NCBI GenBank assembly: GCA_038230375.1
Contig: JBBRNJ010000025.1
Location: 37,879-101,878, forward strand
DNA: 64,000 bases
Direction of reading: 5' to 3'
Source of the DNA: Polyangiales bacterium
GTDB lineage: Bacteria; Myxococcota_A; Polyangia; Polyangiales; Polyangiaceae
Position 1 is the first letter of the stretch. Every line of letters begins with the position of its first letter. A program made the position numbers and the translations under genes. Under the pieces are notes generated by a model. That model saw only the letters and a list, made by a program, of their open reading frames with translations, was not told the DNA's origin and did no database searches. Positions 40,327 through 51,963 of this stretch are shown here, one piece after another.

Positions 40327-41103
40327 TCAGCTCTTCTTCGCCGCCTGATGGAGCGCGAACGCCGCGCCCTGCCCGTCCATGAGCTGCGCGATGCGACCGC
40401 CGGTGGGGACGTCCATGGGGCCATTCATCACCTTCGCGCCGTGCCTGGTGGCGCGCGCGATGGCTGCGTCGAGATCGGACGTCTCGCTGTAATAGACCCA
40501 CATCGGCGGCATGGGCGAGCCCTTCGGCGAGGTCATCATTCCGCCGAGCTGCTTCTCGCCGATCCCGAAGAGGCGATAAGTTCCCATCGGACCCATGTCC
40601 ATCTCCTTCTGGACCTTCCATCCGAACATCTCGGAGTAGAAGCCGAACGCGGCGGCGCTGTCGCTCGTCATGAGCTCGTTCCAGCAGATCTCGCCCTCCT
40701 TCGACGTGTCGTGGAGCGCCATCGCCGCAGCGGGCTTGAAGATGGACATCGTCGCGCCCTGGGGATCCGCGATCACCGCGAAACGCCCGATGGTGGGGAT
40801 GTCCGAGGGCTCCTTGAGCACCTTGCCGCCGAGCTTCTTCGCTTGCGCCGCGCTCGCGTCCACGTCGGCCACGACCACGTTGCCCATCCAGTGCGGAGGA
40901 GCGCCCATCTTCGCGGCCTCCTCGGGCAGCTGCATCACGCCACCAAGCGGGCCCTGACTGCCGACCCACATGGTGTAGTGACCGCCGTCACCGAACGCCT
41001 GCGTCTTCCAGCCGACGACCTCCGAGTAGAACGCGATCGCCGCCTTGGGATCCTTGCAGAGGAGGTCATGCCAAACGAAGTCCCCGATATTCGCGTCCGC
41101 CAT
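40327..41103 (-). CDS. Two-domain VOC/glyoxalase family protein
   Basis: FVWHDL...AFYSEVVGW; ICWNELMT...FYSEMFGW; DPQGA and DGQGA. Confidence 0.92.
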   Translation of the reverse strand: MADANIGDFVWHDLLCKDPKAAIAFYSEVVGWKTQAFGDGGHYTMWVGSQGPLGGVMQLPEEAAKMGAPPHWMGNVVVADVDASAAQAKKLGGKVLKEPSDIPTIGRFAVIADPQGATMSIFKPAAAMALHDTSKEGEICWNELMTSDSAAAFGFYSEMFGWKVQKEMDMGPMGTYRLFGIGEKQLGGMMTSPKGSPMPPMWVYYSETSDLDAAIARATRHGAKVMNGPMDVPTGGRIAQLMDGQGAAFALHQAAKKS

Positions 41104-41200
41104 TGTGATGCTCCTGCTTGTGGGCGCGCGCGGCGCCGTGGATGTCGACGCCGCGATGAAACGGCAGGCAGCGGCGACTGGCAATGGTGAATCGACGGTG

Positions 41201-41797
41201 TCAGAACGCGCCACCCACGAACACGCCGCGCCGGCCCACGCCAAGGGTGAATGCGCGGTCGGGCGTGGCCTTCCACACCAGGTCCACCCGCGCGTCGGCG
41301 CGGGCACGGGGCGCGTAGGTGGTGGTCGTGGTCGGAAGAATGGATCCGCCCACGGCGCCCACGATCCAGAGGTCCTTGCGAATTGGTGCAGTATACACCA
41401 AGCCAACGCCGGCGTTCGCGTCCACCATGCACGCTGTGGTCGAGAAGCCAACGAGCGTGAGGTTCGGGACAAGGTGCACAGCGGCCGCGCGCTGGAGCGG
41501 GAAGAAGTTCCATGTGTCGCCGCTCTGCTCCGCGCGCTCTGCGCAGCCGGGCAGCGTCTTGCCCTGCGGCCAGTAACCAGACGAGAGCGAGAGGCGCAGC
41601 GGCATCATCCCGATGTCGAGCGGCAGCCCGGCCGAGTCCGGCGATGCATCGCCCGAGCGCAGCGGGATCACGAGCGTCTGCGGCAACCCGACGGATGGCG
41701 GAGCCGCCAGCGGCGCCTGCTGCGCGCGCGCGGAGCCCGCAACGGACAACCCAAACATCGACAACCCAACAACGGCGACGAACCTGGAGAGGCGCAT
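41201..41797 (-). CDS. Secreted hypothetical protein, possible small outer-membrane protein
   Basis: Signal peptide ARA|QQ; amphipathic strands ending GVFVGGAF. Confidence 0.65.
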   Translation of the reverse strand: MRLSRFVAVVGLSMFGLSVAGSARAQQAPLAAPPSVGLPQTLVIPLRSGDASPDSAGLPLDIGMMPLRLSLSSGYWPQGKTLPGCAERAEQSGDTWNFFPLQRAAAVHLVPNLTLVGFSTTACMVDANAGVGLVYTAPIRKDLWIVGAVGGSILPTTTTTYAPRARADARVDLVWKATPDRAFTLGVGRRGVFVGGAF

Positions 41798-42002
41798 GGC
41801 GTTTCTCCTTCCACCGTCCATGATGCGACTACGGCAGGAACAGCACAAGCGCGCCGTGGTCAGACCGCCGACCGCGACTTCGATCTCGGCCTCACCGCGT
41901 GGGCCGTCACGTCCGACGCCCTCATTGTCGCGTGGATTGCATCGCAGATGACGCGGCCTCCGCCTCTTCCTACGCCCCTCTTCTGGGTGTAGGTTCCCGG
42001 CC

Positions 42003-43988
42003 ATGACGACCGACAGCATCGAGTCCCGCCTCAAGGAAGACCGAAAATTTCCCCCGTCGGACGAGTTCGTGAAGCACGCGCGCGTCGGCTCGCACGCGGC
42101 GTACACGACGATGTACCAGAAGTCGCTCGAGAGCCCGGAGGAGTTCTGGCGCGAGGAGACGCAGGAGCTCGTGTTCCGCGAGACATGGAAGACCTTCGCG
42201 ACGTGGGATCTGCCGAAGGCGCAGTTCTTCGTCGGCGCGAAGCTCAACGCCTCGGAGAGCTGTCTCGATCGCCACCTCCACACCGCGCGCCGCACCAAGG
42301 CCGCGATCATCTTCGAGGGCGAGCCGGGAGACACGCGCACGCTGACCTACTTCGAGCTTCATCGCGAGGTCGTGCGCCTCACCGCCGCGCTCTCCGACAT
42401 GGGCGTCAAGAAGGGCGACCGCGTCGCGATCTACATGGGCATGGTCCCCGAAGCAGCGATCTCCATGCTCGCGTGCGCGCGCCTCGGCGCCACCCACTCC
42501 GTCGTGTTCGGCGGCTTCTCCGCAGAGGCGCTGCGCGACCGCATCAACGACCTCAAGGCCAAGGTGCTCCTCACGCAGGACGGCGCGTGGCGCCGCGGGA
42601 GCGTCGTGCCGTTGAAGAAGATGGCGGACGCCGCCGTGGAGCAAGCGCCGACGATCGAGAAGGTCGTGGTGCTCCGGCGCATCGGTGAGCATCTCGCGCC
42701 GTGCGCGATGAAGAGCGGCCGCGACGTGTGGTGGGAGGACGCGCTGTCGAACCCGCCCAGCGAAGCCGCACTGAAGCTCGCAAAGCACCCCGAGGCGTTC
42801 GATGCGGAGCACCCGCTCTTCGTCCTCTACACGTCCGGCTCCACGGGCAAGCCGAAGGGCGTGCTCCACACCACCGCGGGGTATCTCGCGGGCGCGCACG
42901 TCACCACCAAGTACGTCTTCGACGTGAAGGAGAGCGATCTCTACTGGTGCACCGCGGACGTCGGCTGGGTCACTGGCCACAGCTACATCACGTACGGCCC
43001 GCTCTCGTGCGGCGCCACGTGCCTCATGTATGAGGGCGCGCCGAACTTCCCCGATCCGGGCCGGTTCTGGAACGTGATCGAGAAGCACGGCGTCACCGTG
43101 CTCTACACGGCGCCCACCGCCATCCGCGCGTTCATCCGCTGGGGCGACGAGTTCCCGCAGAAGGCGGACCTGTCATCGCTTCGCTTGCTCGGCTCCGTGG
43201 GTGAGCCGATCAACCCGGAGGCGTGGACCTGGTACCACAAGGTGATCGGCGGCGGCCGCTGCCCCATCGTGGACACGTGGTGGCAGACCGAGACCGGCTG
43301 CATCATGCTGACCACGCTGCCTGGCGCTTGCTACAGCAAGCCCGGCGCAACGGGGCTCCCGCTCTTCGGCGTGGACATCGAGGTCGTGAAGGACGACAAC
43401 CAGCCCTGCGCCGCGAACGAGGGCGGCAAGCTGGTCATCCGCAAGCCGTGGCCGAGCATGGCGCGCACCCTCTGGGGCGACGACGAGCGGTTCAAGACCG
43501 CCTACTGGGCGCAGATGCCCGGCGTGTATTTCACTGGCGACGGCGCGCGCCGCGATCAGGACGGCTATTTCTGGGTGGTGGGGCGCATCGACGACGTGCT
43601 GAACGTCGCGGGACACCGCATCGGCACCGCGGAGATCGAGGCTGCGCTCGCGAGCCATCCGATGGTCGCAGAGGCGGCCGCGGTCGGACGCCCGGACGAT
43701 CTCAAGGGCCAGGCGCTCGTCGTGTTCGTCACGCTGAAGAGCGGGCACGTCGCTGACAAGACCACCAAAGACAAGCTCGCGGAGCACATCGATCGCGAGA
43801 TCGGGAAGTTCGCGCGCCCGGACTCCATCCGCTTCGCCGACGCGCTCCCCAAGACACGCAGCGGCAAGATCATGCGGCGGCTCCTGAAGGAGATCGCGAG
43901 CGGCGCCACCACCGCACAGGGCGACACGTCCACACTCGAAGATCTGGGTGTGCTCGCGAAGCTGCGTGCAGGCAGCGACGAAGACTGA
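42003..43988 (+). CDS. acs: Acetyl-CoA synthetase (AMP-forming)
   Basis: [44 protein letters not shown]. Confidence 0.97.
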   Translation: MTTDSIESRLKEDRKFPPSDEFVKHARVGSHAAYTTMYQKSLESPEEFWREETQELVFRETWKTFATWDLPKAQFFVGAKLNASESCLDRHLHTARRTKAAIIFEGEPGDTRTLTYFELHREVVRLTAALSDMGVKKGDRVAIYMGMVPEAAISMLACARLGATHSVVFGGFSAEALRDRINDLKAKVLLTQDGAWRRGSVVPLKKMADAAVEQAPTIEKVVVLRRIGEHLAPCAMKSGRDVWWEDALSNPPSEAALKLAKHPEAFDAEHPLFVLYTSGSTGKPKGVLHTTAGYLAGAHVTTKYVFDVKESDLYWCTADVGWVTGHSYITYGPLSCGATCLMYEGAPNFPDPGRFWNVIEKHGVTVLYTAPTAIRAFIRWGDEFPQKADLSSLRLLGSVGEPINPEAWTWYHKVIGGGRCPIVDTWWQTETGCIMLTTLPGACYSKPGATGLPLFGVDIEVVKDDNQPCAANEGGKLVIRKPWPSMARTLWGDDERFKTAYWAQMPGVYFTGDGARRDQDGYFWVVGRIDDVLNVAGHRIGTAEIEAALASHPMVAEAAAVGRPDDLKGQALVVFVTLKSGHVADKTTKDKLAEHIDREIGKFARPDSIRFADALPKTRSGKIMRRLLKEIASGATTAQGDTSTLEDLGVLAKLRAGSDED

Positions 43989-44025
43989 AACGGAGATGGA
44001 CTCGCAGACCCTCTGGTACGCTTGC

Positions 44026-44772
44026 ATGATGCGCCAGACCTGGCTCATTGTCCTTGCCCTCGCACCGGGCTTTGTCGCCTGCGCATCCTTCAAGGGCACG
44101 GATGCGGTCGGCGGCACGGACGATGGCCGGATGGACGCGAAACCCGGAAGCGGCGGCGAGGGAGGCGCATGCATCACCCCCACGAGCTGCCCGCCCGACA
44201 CGCCGTCGTGCAAGTACTACGATTTCTCCAGCGCCACATGTCCCCAGGACTGGAAGCCTGGTGGAGACGTTGGTATGTCCGGCGTCGTCTACGAATGCGG
44301 GGCAGGCAACCTGCATGTGGCGGCGAAAGGAACGCTCGACGTGGACGGCGACCTGAGCGTTCCGATTCCGTCGGCGGATACGAAGACAATCTTTGTCTCC
44401 GCGAACCTCACCATCAAGACCTGGATAGCCTCGTCGATCGCGACGAAGCTCCCGATCCTGCAGCTCTCGAATGGAGTGTCGAGGGTGATTGTGTATGGAG
44501 ACATGAACGTCGACGCGAATGTCCGGTTCACGACCTGCCCCATGGTTGGCGATTGCTCGAGCACGTTTGTCAGCGTCCCGGACAAGACGCACCTCTTCCA
44601 GTTCGAGCTCACCGCGACGGGGGTCTCGATCGCCGTCGACTGCGCCCATGCTTTCTCACTGCCCGCGTTTCCGGTCGATTCCGCGCAAGCCTTCCACGTC
44701 GTGTTTGGCACCGTGGATGGAGAGCCGATTGACGGCACCATCGACGACGTTCGGGTCTCCTTCGGCAAGTGA
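44026..44772 (+). CDS. Hypothetical lipoprotein with a beta-sandwich/lectin-like domain
   Basis: GFVAC lipobox; ends IDDVRVSF. Confidence 0.7.
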   Translation: MMRQTWLIVLALAPGFVACASFKGTDAVGGTDDGRMDAKPGSGGEGGACITPTSCPPDTPSCKYYDFSSATCPQDWKPGGDVGMSGVVYECGAGNLHVAAKGTLDVDGDLSVPIPSADTKTIFVSANLTIKTWIASSIATKLPILQLSNGVSRVIVYGDMNVDANVRFTTCPMVGDCSSTFVSVPDKTHLFQFELTATGVSIAVDCAHAFSLPAFPVDSAQAFHVVFGTVDGEPIDGTIDDVRVSFGK

Positions 44773-44791
44773 GGTGGCGCCGAGCCCGATC

Positions 44792-44813
44792 CGGTATTAC
44801 GGTAGTAAAACCG
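44792..44813. promoter_or_regulatory. Inverted repeat immediately upstream of the RHH gene (putative operator)
   Basis: CGGTATTAC-GGTA-GTAAAACCG: 9-bp arms with 1 mismatch, ending 2 nt before ATG 44816. Confidence 0.55.
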
Positions 44814-44815
44814 CA

Positions 44816-45265
44816 ATGCCTCGCAAGCCCCGCCCCGTAAAGCACATCGTCGCGTTCAAGGTCGAGCCGGAGCTGGCCGCGCTGCTGGATGCGATGCCCA
44901 ACAAGAGCGAGTTCATCCGCGCGGCGGTACAGAGCAGGCTCGCGACCGCATGTCCGCTCTGTCGCGGCAGCGGCATCGCGCCGTTTGGCGGCGTGGGGGA
45001 CGAGCTCGCGAAGCTGGTCTCGCAGCATCCGCTCTGCGTCTGCGCGGGATGTGGCGTGAAGGAGCCCCGCCCCTGCCACACGCCGGGACACTGCGGCGAC
45101 GACTCCCGCGTCGAGGTCTTCGAGCGCTGGGGCATCTTCTATTGCGAGGCCTGCGCGCAACAGATGTCATTCTGTGTAGAATGCATCAAACCGCTAGGGA
45201 GCACGGGCAAGGTCAAGAAGGGCGCTCGCTGCAACGAATGCGCGGCAAAACAGGCCGCAGTTTGA
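44816..45265 (+). CDS. Ribbon-helix-helix (CopG-like) DNA-binding protein with a multi-CxxC domain
   Basis: IVAFKVEPELAALLDAMPNKSEFIRAAV RHH pattern; 13 Cys including five CxxC. Confidence 0.75.
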   Translation: MPRKPRPVKHIVAFKVEPELAALLDAMPNKSEFIRAAVQSRLATACPLCRGSGIAPFGGVGDELAKLVSQHPLCVCAGCGVKEPRPCHTPGHCGDDSRVEVFERWGIFYCEACAQQMSFCVECIKPLGSTGKVKKGARCNECAAKQAAV

Positions 45266-45281
45266 CCTCCCCACTTCGGAG

Positions 45282-46636
45282 CTAGACGCGTTCGATCACC
45301 CGTCGGGTCAGCAGGATGAAGCGGGCCGACAGGAGGAGTGCGTCTGCTACCAGGCCTAGCGTCAGGCCGACCCAGAGGCCCACCGCGCCGTAGTGGAACG
45401 TGAAGCCCAGGAGCAGCGCGGCGGGTAGGCCTATGAGCCAGTAGGCGATCACGTTGATGACGAACGGGAAGCGCACATCCCCTGCCCCGCGCAGCGCACC
45501 GCCGATCACGACCTGCACGCCGTCGAAGAGCTGGAAGATCGCGGCGACGCGCAGCAGGCTTGCGCCTAGCGCGATCACGTCGGGATCGTCCGTGAAGAGA
45601 TCCGTGAGCTGCCGCGGAAACACGGCGAAGAACACGACGCCCAGCGACATGAACGCGCTGCCCACGCCCAGCCCGAGCAACCCCGGCTTGCGCGCGCTCC
45701 GTTTGGCGCCCACCGCGAGGCCCACGCGCACGGCCGTCGCGCCGCCAACGCCCAGCGCGCCCATGTACATGAACGAAGAGAGCGCGATGGCGATCTGGTG
45801 CGCAGAGGCGACGCGCGCGCCCAGCTTCGCCGCCAGCAATGCGACCGCAGTGAAGATGCCGTACTCGGCGAGCATGTGCAGACCGACGGGCGCGCCCAGC
45901 TTCCATACCAGCCGTGCCGGCACGGGGTCTGACATCTTCTTCGGGCGCAGGCGAAACGCCGGCAGGAGCACGAACATCATGAGCACGAACGTGGCGACCG
46001 ACAGCGCGAGCCCGCCGCCGAACGCGCCCAGCGCGGGCAACCCCACGCCAGGCATCCCCACGACCAGCAGCGCCGCGTCTCCACGCACGAGCACCGTGCA
46101 GACCACGACGTTCACCAGGTTCGCAACGACCGCGCCCGCCATGGCCGGCCACGTGATCCCATGGGCCTGCAGGAACACCTTGGCAGAGAGAAATACGCCC
46201 AGAAACGCCATCTGCGGCGCCTGCCCCATGAGGAACGCGCGCGCACGCGCGATCACGGGCGCCTCGACGCCGAGCGGCGCAAGCACGAACGTCACCGCGA
46301 TCGCGAAAGCGAAGCTTGGCACGAACGAGAGCACCGCCGCGCGCAAGGTCGCCGTGAAGGCACTCCAGGCGCGACCGGGCTCGTTCGCTCCGAGCGCCTG
46401 CGATGCGAGCGGCTCGAGCGCCGTGGCGATCCCCATGGTCATGGTGGCGCCCGCGAAGCCAATGGCGCGGCCGATGGATGCGCCGGCGAAGTCGTTGACG
46501 GACACGCGACCAAGGATCGCCGTGTCCACGAGCGACATCAGGATCGTGCCGAGCTGCGCGAGCATGATGGGCCACGACAGCGACAGGAGCGCCACGAGCT
46601 CCGAGCGCGGAGCGCTGGGCGTATGCGCCTTGTCGG

Positions 46637-46640
<4 letters not shown>
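45282..46640 (-). CDS. MATE family efflux transporter (NorM-like)
   Basis: VDTAILGR, SQALGA, AHQIA, FQLFDGVQVV.GGALRGAGD. Confidence 0.95.
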
Positions 46641-48132
<1,492 letters not shown>

Positions 48133-48184
48133 TGCGGCCGCCAGCAAGACAACGCAGCAAGAAGAGAGAGCACCTGGAGAACCT

Positions 48185-49600
48185 ATGAAAGCGAAAGAAG
48201 CAGTCGAGCTGGGCGTGAAACACGACGTGAAGTTCGTCGATCTGAAGTTCATCGACTTCCCCGGCGTCTGGCAGCACACGACTCTTCCGGCGGCCCGCTT
48301 GAACGAGGCACTCTTCGAGGACGGCATTGCGTTCGACGGCTCGTCGATCCGCGGGTGGCAGCCCATCAACGCGTCCGACATGCTCATGATCCCCGATCCT
48401 GAGACCGCGAAGCTCGACCCGTTCTTCGCGCATCCCACGCTCTCGATCGTGTGCTCCGTGTACGATCCGATCACGAAGCAGCCGTATTCGCGCGACCCGC
48501 GCCACATCTCGCGCAAGGCCGAAGCGTACCTGAAGCAGACGGGCATCGCCGACACCGCGTACATGGGTCCGGAGGCAGAGTTCTTTGTCTTCGACGACGT
48601 GCGGTTCGATCACTCGAAGCCCAACGAGGGCTACTACTACCTGGACAGCGTCGAGGGCGCGTGGAACTCCGGCCGCGAGGAGTTCCCGAACCTTGGCTAC
48701 AAGACGCGCCACAAGGAGGGCTACTTCCCCGTGCCTCCCACGGACACGCTCGCCGACCTCCGCATGGAGATGATGCTCGCTCTCCAGGCAAGCGGCATCG
48801 AGGTCGAGGTCGGTCACCACGAGGTCGCGTCCGGCGGCCAGTGCGAGATCGGCATGAAGTTCAATCGCCTCCTGCCGTGCGCGGACCAGCTGATGTGGTT
48901 CAAGTACGTCGTCAAGAACACCGCACGCAAGCATGGCAAGACCGCCACGTTCATGCCGAAGCCGCTCTTCGGTGACAACGGCTCGGGCATGCACGTGCAC
49001 CAGTCGCTGTGGAAGGAGGGCAAGCCCCTCTTCGGCGGCGACGGCTATGCGGGCCTCAGCGAGCTCGCGCTCCACTACATTGGCGGCATCATCAAGCACG
49101 CGAAGTCGCTCGCGGCGTTCACGAACCCCACCACGAACAGCTATCGCCGGCTCGTGCCGGGCTTCGAGGCGCCGGTGAACCTCGCGTACTCCAGCCGCAA
49201 CCGCTCGGCCAGCGTGCGCATCCCGATCACGGGCCCGTCGCCGAAGACGCGCCGCATCGAGGTCCGCTTCCCCGACCCGAGCGCGAACCCGTACCTCGCG
49301 TTCGCGGCCATGATGATGGCCGGACTCGACGGCATCCAGAACAAGATCGACCCGGGTGATCCGCTGGACAAGGACATCTACGCGCTCTCGCCCGAGGAGC
49401 TCTCCACTGTGCCGCACATGCCCGGCAGCCTGGAGGAGGCGCTCCAGTCACTCGAGGACGATCACGAGTACCTCCTCCGCGGCGACGTCTTCACCAAGGA
49501 CGCGCTCCACGAGTGGCTCGACTACAAGAAGACGAAGGAGCTGAACCCGATCCGGATGCGGCCCACCCCGCACGAGTTCGTCCTCTACTTTGATATCTAG
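48185..49600 (+). CDS. glnA: Glutamine synthetase type I
   Basis: [40 protein letters not shown] adenylylation site. Confidence 0.98.
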   Translation: MKAKEAVELGVKHDVKFVDLKFIDFPGVWQHTTLPAARLNEALFEDGIAFDGSSIRGWQPINASDMLMIPDPETAKLDPFFAHPTLSIVCSVYDPITKQPYSRDPRHISRKAEAYLKQTGIADTAYMGPEAEFFVFDDVRFDHSKPNEGYYYLDSVEGAWNSGREEFPNLGYKTRHKEGYFPVPPTDTLADLRMEMMLALQASGIEVEVGHHEVASGGQCEIGMKFNRLLPCADQLMWFKYVVKNTARKHGKTATFMPKPLFGDNGSGMHVHQSLWKEGKPLFGGDGYAGLSELALHYIGGIIKHAKSLAAFTNPTTNSYRRLVPGFEAPVNLAYSSRNRSASVRIPITGPSPKTRRIEVRFPDPSANPYLAFAAMMMAGLDGIQNKIDPGDPLDKDIYALSPEELSTVPHMPGSLEEALQSLEDDHEYLLRGDVFTKDALHEWLDYKKTKELNPIRMRPTPHEFVLYFDI

Positions 49601-49613
49601 GCAGCGCCGCTCG

Positions 49614-50471
49614 ATGGACCGGAAGAGCGTGAGGACGTCATCCAGCCTCGCGCTCTTCGCAGTCATGCTCGTCGTGGGCTGCACACGAGGAGGTGATCGC
49701 ATCTCCGCGGAAGCCCCGTCGACCTCGACCCAAACCTCGACCCAAACCTCGACCCAAACCTCGACCCAAACCTCGACCCAAACCTCGACCCCGACCTCGA
49801 CCCAAACCTCGACCCAAACCTCGACCCCGACCTCGACCCCAACCCCGACCTCGACCCAAACCCCGACCCCAACCCCGATCCCCGCCCTCGCCCGCGAGGA
49901 GATCGACCCGCGGTTCGTCGACGATCTGAAGAAGGTCGCGATGGAGTATCGTGCGTGGGGCCGCGTGGACGACGAGACCCGATGGGCCCCCTACCTGTGC
50001 CGCATGCCGGAGCCCGGGAAGGCGCGCATGAGCCGGGCCGACGCAGGCGGACACGCGCGCAAGCTCTATTCACTCTTCGCGAAGGACCGCACGGCCTACC
50101 TCGGCGCGTCGCCGAAGGGCGCAGGGGCGCCGGGTCAGGCCATCGTGAAAGAGAGCTACCTGCCCGAGCTCGTACCCGAGGACCAGCGCCAGGCGATCCT
50201 CGCGAGGGGCACGCGCGGGCAGCCCGCTCCGGAGGGCGTCGCCGGCGGAGGCAGCTTCGATCCGTATATGAGGGATGGCGACAAGCTGTATCTCGCCTCG
50301 AAGATCGTCGGCCTCTACGTGATGCTGAAGAAGGCACCCGGCACCGCAGGCACCGACGGAGGCTGGATCTACGGCACGTTGACCCCCGAAGGCGAGGTCA
50401 CTGCCGCAGGACGTGTTGCATCCTGCATGGGTTGTCACGCGGGCTCGAACAACGACCGCGTCCTGCGCTAA
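49614..50471 (+). CDS. Cytochrome P460-family-like monoheme lipoprotein with a Thr/Ser/Pro linker
   Basis: VVGC lipobox; PGQAIVKE, VMLK...GWIYG; CMGCH near the C-terminus. Confidence 0.75.
   Translation: MDRKSVRTSSSLALFAVMLVVGCTRGGDRISAEAPSTSTQTSTQTSTQTSTQTSTQTSTPTSTQTSTQTSTPTSTPTPTSTQTPTPTPIPALAREEIDPRFVDDLKKVAMEYRAWGRVDDETRWAPYLCRMPEPGKARMSRADAGGHARKLYSLFAKDRTAYLGASPKGAGAPGQAIVKESYLPELVPEDQRQAILARGTRGQPAPEGVAGGGSFDPYMRDGDKLYLASKIVGLYVMLKKAPGTAGTDGGWIYGTLTPEGEVTAAGRVASCMGCHAGSNNDRVLR
49722..49877 (+). repeat. 12-bp coding tandem repeat (ACCTCGACCCAA), about 13 units, degenerating at the 3' end
   Basis: Directly visible; encodes the (TSTQ/TSTP)n linker. Confidence 0.95.
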
Positions 50472-50953
50472 CCGCCCTGCCCCGCGTCCACGATCGGCGA
50501 GACGTCGCAGTCGGCGGCGCACGCGGGATCCGTGGCCTCGCGAATCACGTAGCCGCTGCACGAGCTCGCGGTGGAGCAGCTGGAGAAGTCAGTTGAACAT
50601 CCATTGCCATTGCCCACCCACGTGCAGTCCGTGCATGTGAGGTTGCCGAATCCGCCTAGCGCCTTGTCACAGGAGCACGTGGTCCCGTGCCAGCCGGAGA
50701 GGCCGAGGATGCACTGGCGACACTTGTCGGTGCGGCCTTCGATGTGAGCGACACAGGTGTTCACGCACTCGGTGTGATCCGGCGCGCCGCACGGGTGCCC
50801 CTTGGTGGGCGTACACGGCGAGCGGCATTGGTCCTCGAGCGTTGGCGGTCCGCTCGACCCGCCGTTCGAATGTGAGCACGCAAGCACGACCAGCGCCGAG
50901 GTGATCAGCATCACGACTGCGCGCACGCGCCCTGCCCTGCCCGCTACATCCAT
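50468..50953 (-). CDS. Cys-rich lipoprotein
   Basis: VVLAC lipobox; many Cys; last gene of the kinase-TPR operon. Confidence 0.75.
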   Translation of the reverse strand: MDVAGRAGRVRAVVMLITSALVVLACSHSNGGSSGPPTLEDQCRSPCTPTKGHPCGAPDHTECVNTCVAHIEGRTDKCRQCILGLSGWHGTTCSCDKALGGFGNLTCTDCTWVGNGNGCSTDFSSCSTASSCSGYVIREATDPACAADCDVSPIVDAGQGG

Positions 50954-50955
50954 GG

Positions 50956-51963
50956 TCAAAACTCCCCTCCCAGGCCAACCCTCACGCCTCCCGACATGGG
51001 CGAGAACCCCACGTTCACGACCTTTGAGCGCGGCGCGGTGAAGTAGAGCACCCCGCCGCCAGCGAGCAGCGCGCCTCCCGCGATCCACGAGATCGTGGAC
51101 ACGGTGGCGCTGTCGTAGGCCGCGTGCCGCTTCTGCGTTCCGGTCGCGTCGCAGAAGTTACCCGTGCAGTGACCTGCGGAGTCGTCGTACGTGGACTTTG
51201 CGCCGAGCCCCGTGATGATGCCGATCGTCACGCCCGCGACTCCGACGCCCGCAGTGGCGAGACCGACGACGCGCTGCGTGTTTCCTTTGGTCGGCTCGTC
51301 CTGGATGATCGTGGTCTTCGGTGGTGGCGGTGGTTCGGGCGCGTCCTCGAGCCCGGTGATCTCGAGGTCGGTGTTCGTAGGCATCTCGGAGATCGAGAAC
51401 GGTCGCTTCCATGGCTTCTTCTTTGGTGCCTCCACCGTGACCACGTGCGGGCCCGGGTCGACGGGAATAGCCACCCCGCGCTCGCTGGGGCCAAGCGCCT
51501 TGCCGTCGCGGCGGATGATCATCCCTTGCACGTCCGCGGCTGGCGACACCTTGATCGTGAGCCGGGCAAGCCGCGGCTCGAGCGCGTCTGCATGACGCTT
51601 CGCGACCTCCGCGCGCTGATCGTTGTCCTTGTGACTTAGGTCCTCTGCCTCGCGGAACTCCGCCCAGGCGCTGGCCACGCGTCCGACCTTCTCGTAGCAG
51701 TCGGCCAGGTACAACATGGTGCCGATGCCTGGATCCCGGCGCTGGCTGTCCTCGAGCTTGGGGCACGCCTCCGCGAACTTGCCTTGCCCGATCAGCCGCT
51801 GCGCCTCTACATAGAGCGCCTCGGCCGCGGCCTTCTCGTCGCCGGTGGATGAAGCGGATGAAGCGGATGAAGCCGGAACAGGCGGAGGAGCTGCATGAGC
51901 ATTCGCGGCGCCGAGCGACAGGCCCACCGCGAGCAGTGAAGTGATGAGCGATCCGCGGTTCAT
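50956..51963 (-). CDS. Secreted TPR + PEGA-like protein with a hydrophobic C-terminus ending in Phe
   Basis: Signal AHA|AP; AEALY...ACPKLEDS...LADCYEKVG TPR; VDPGPHVVTVEAP PEGA-like; ends GLGGEF. Confidence 0.85.
   Translation of the reverse strand: MNRGSLITSLLAVGLSLGAANAHAAPPPVPASSASSASSTGDEKAAAEALYVEAQRLIGQGKFAEACPKLEDSQRRDPGIGTMLYLADCYEKVGRVASAWAEFREAEDLSHKDNDQRAEVAKRHADALEPRLARLTIKVSPAADVQGMIIRRDGKALGPSERGVAIPVDPGPHVVTVEAPKKKPWKRPFSISEMPTNTDLEITGLEDAPEPPPPPKTTIIQDEPTKGNTQRVVGLATAGVGVAGVTIGIITGLGAKSTYDDSAGHCTGNFCDATGTQKRHAAYDSATVSTISWIAGGALLAGGGVLYFTAPRSKVVNVGFSPMSGGVRVGLGGEF

Noticed and set aside
49722..49877. Tandem repeat as a possible CRISPR array
   Set aside because: 12-bp head-to-tail units with no spacers, in frame within a CDS; no cas genes in the window
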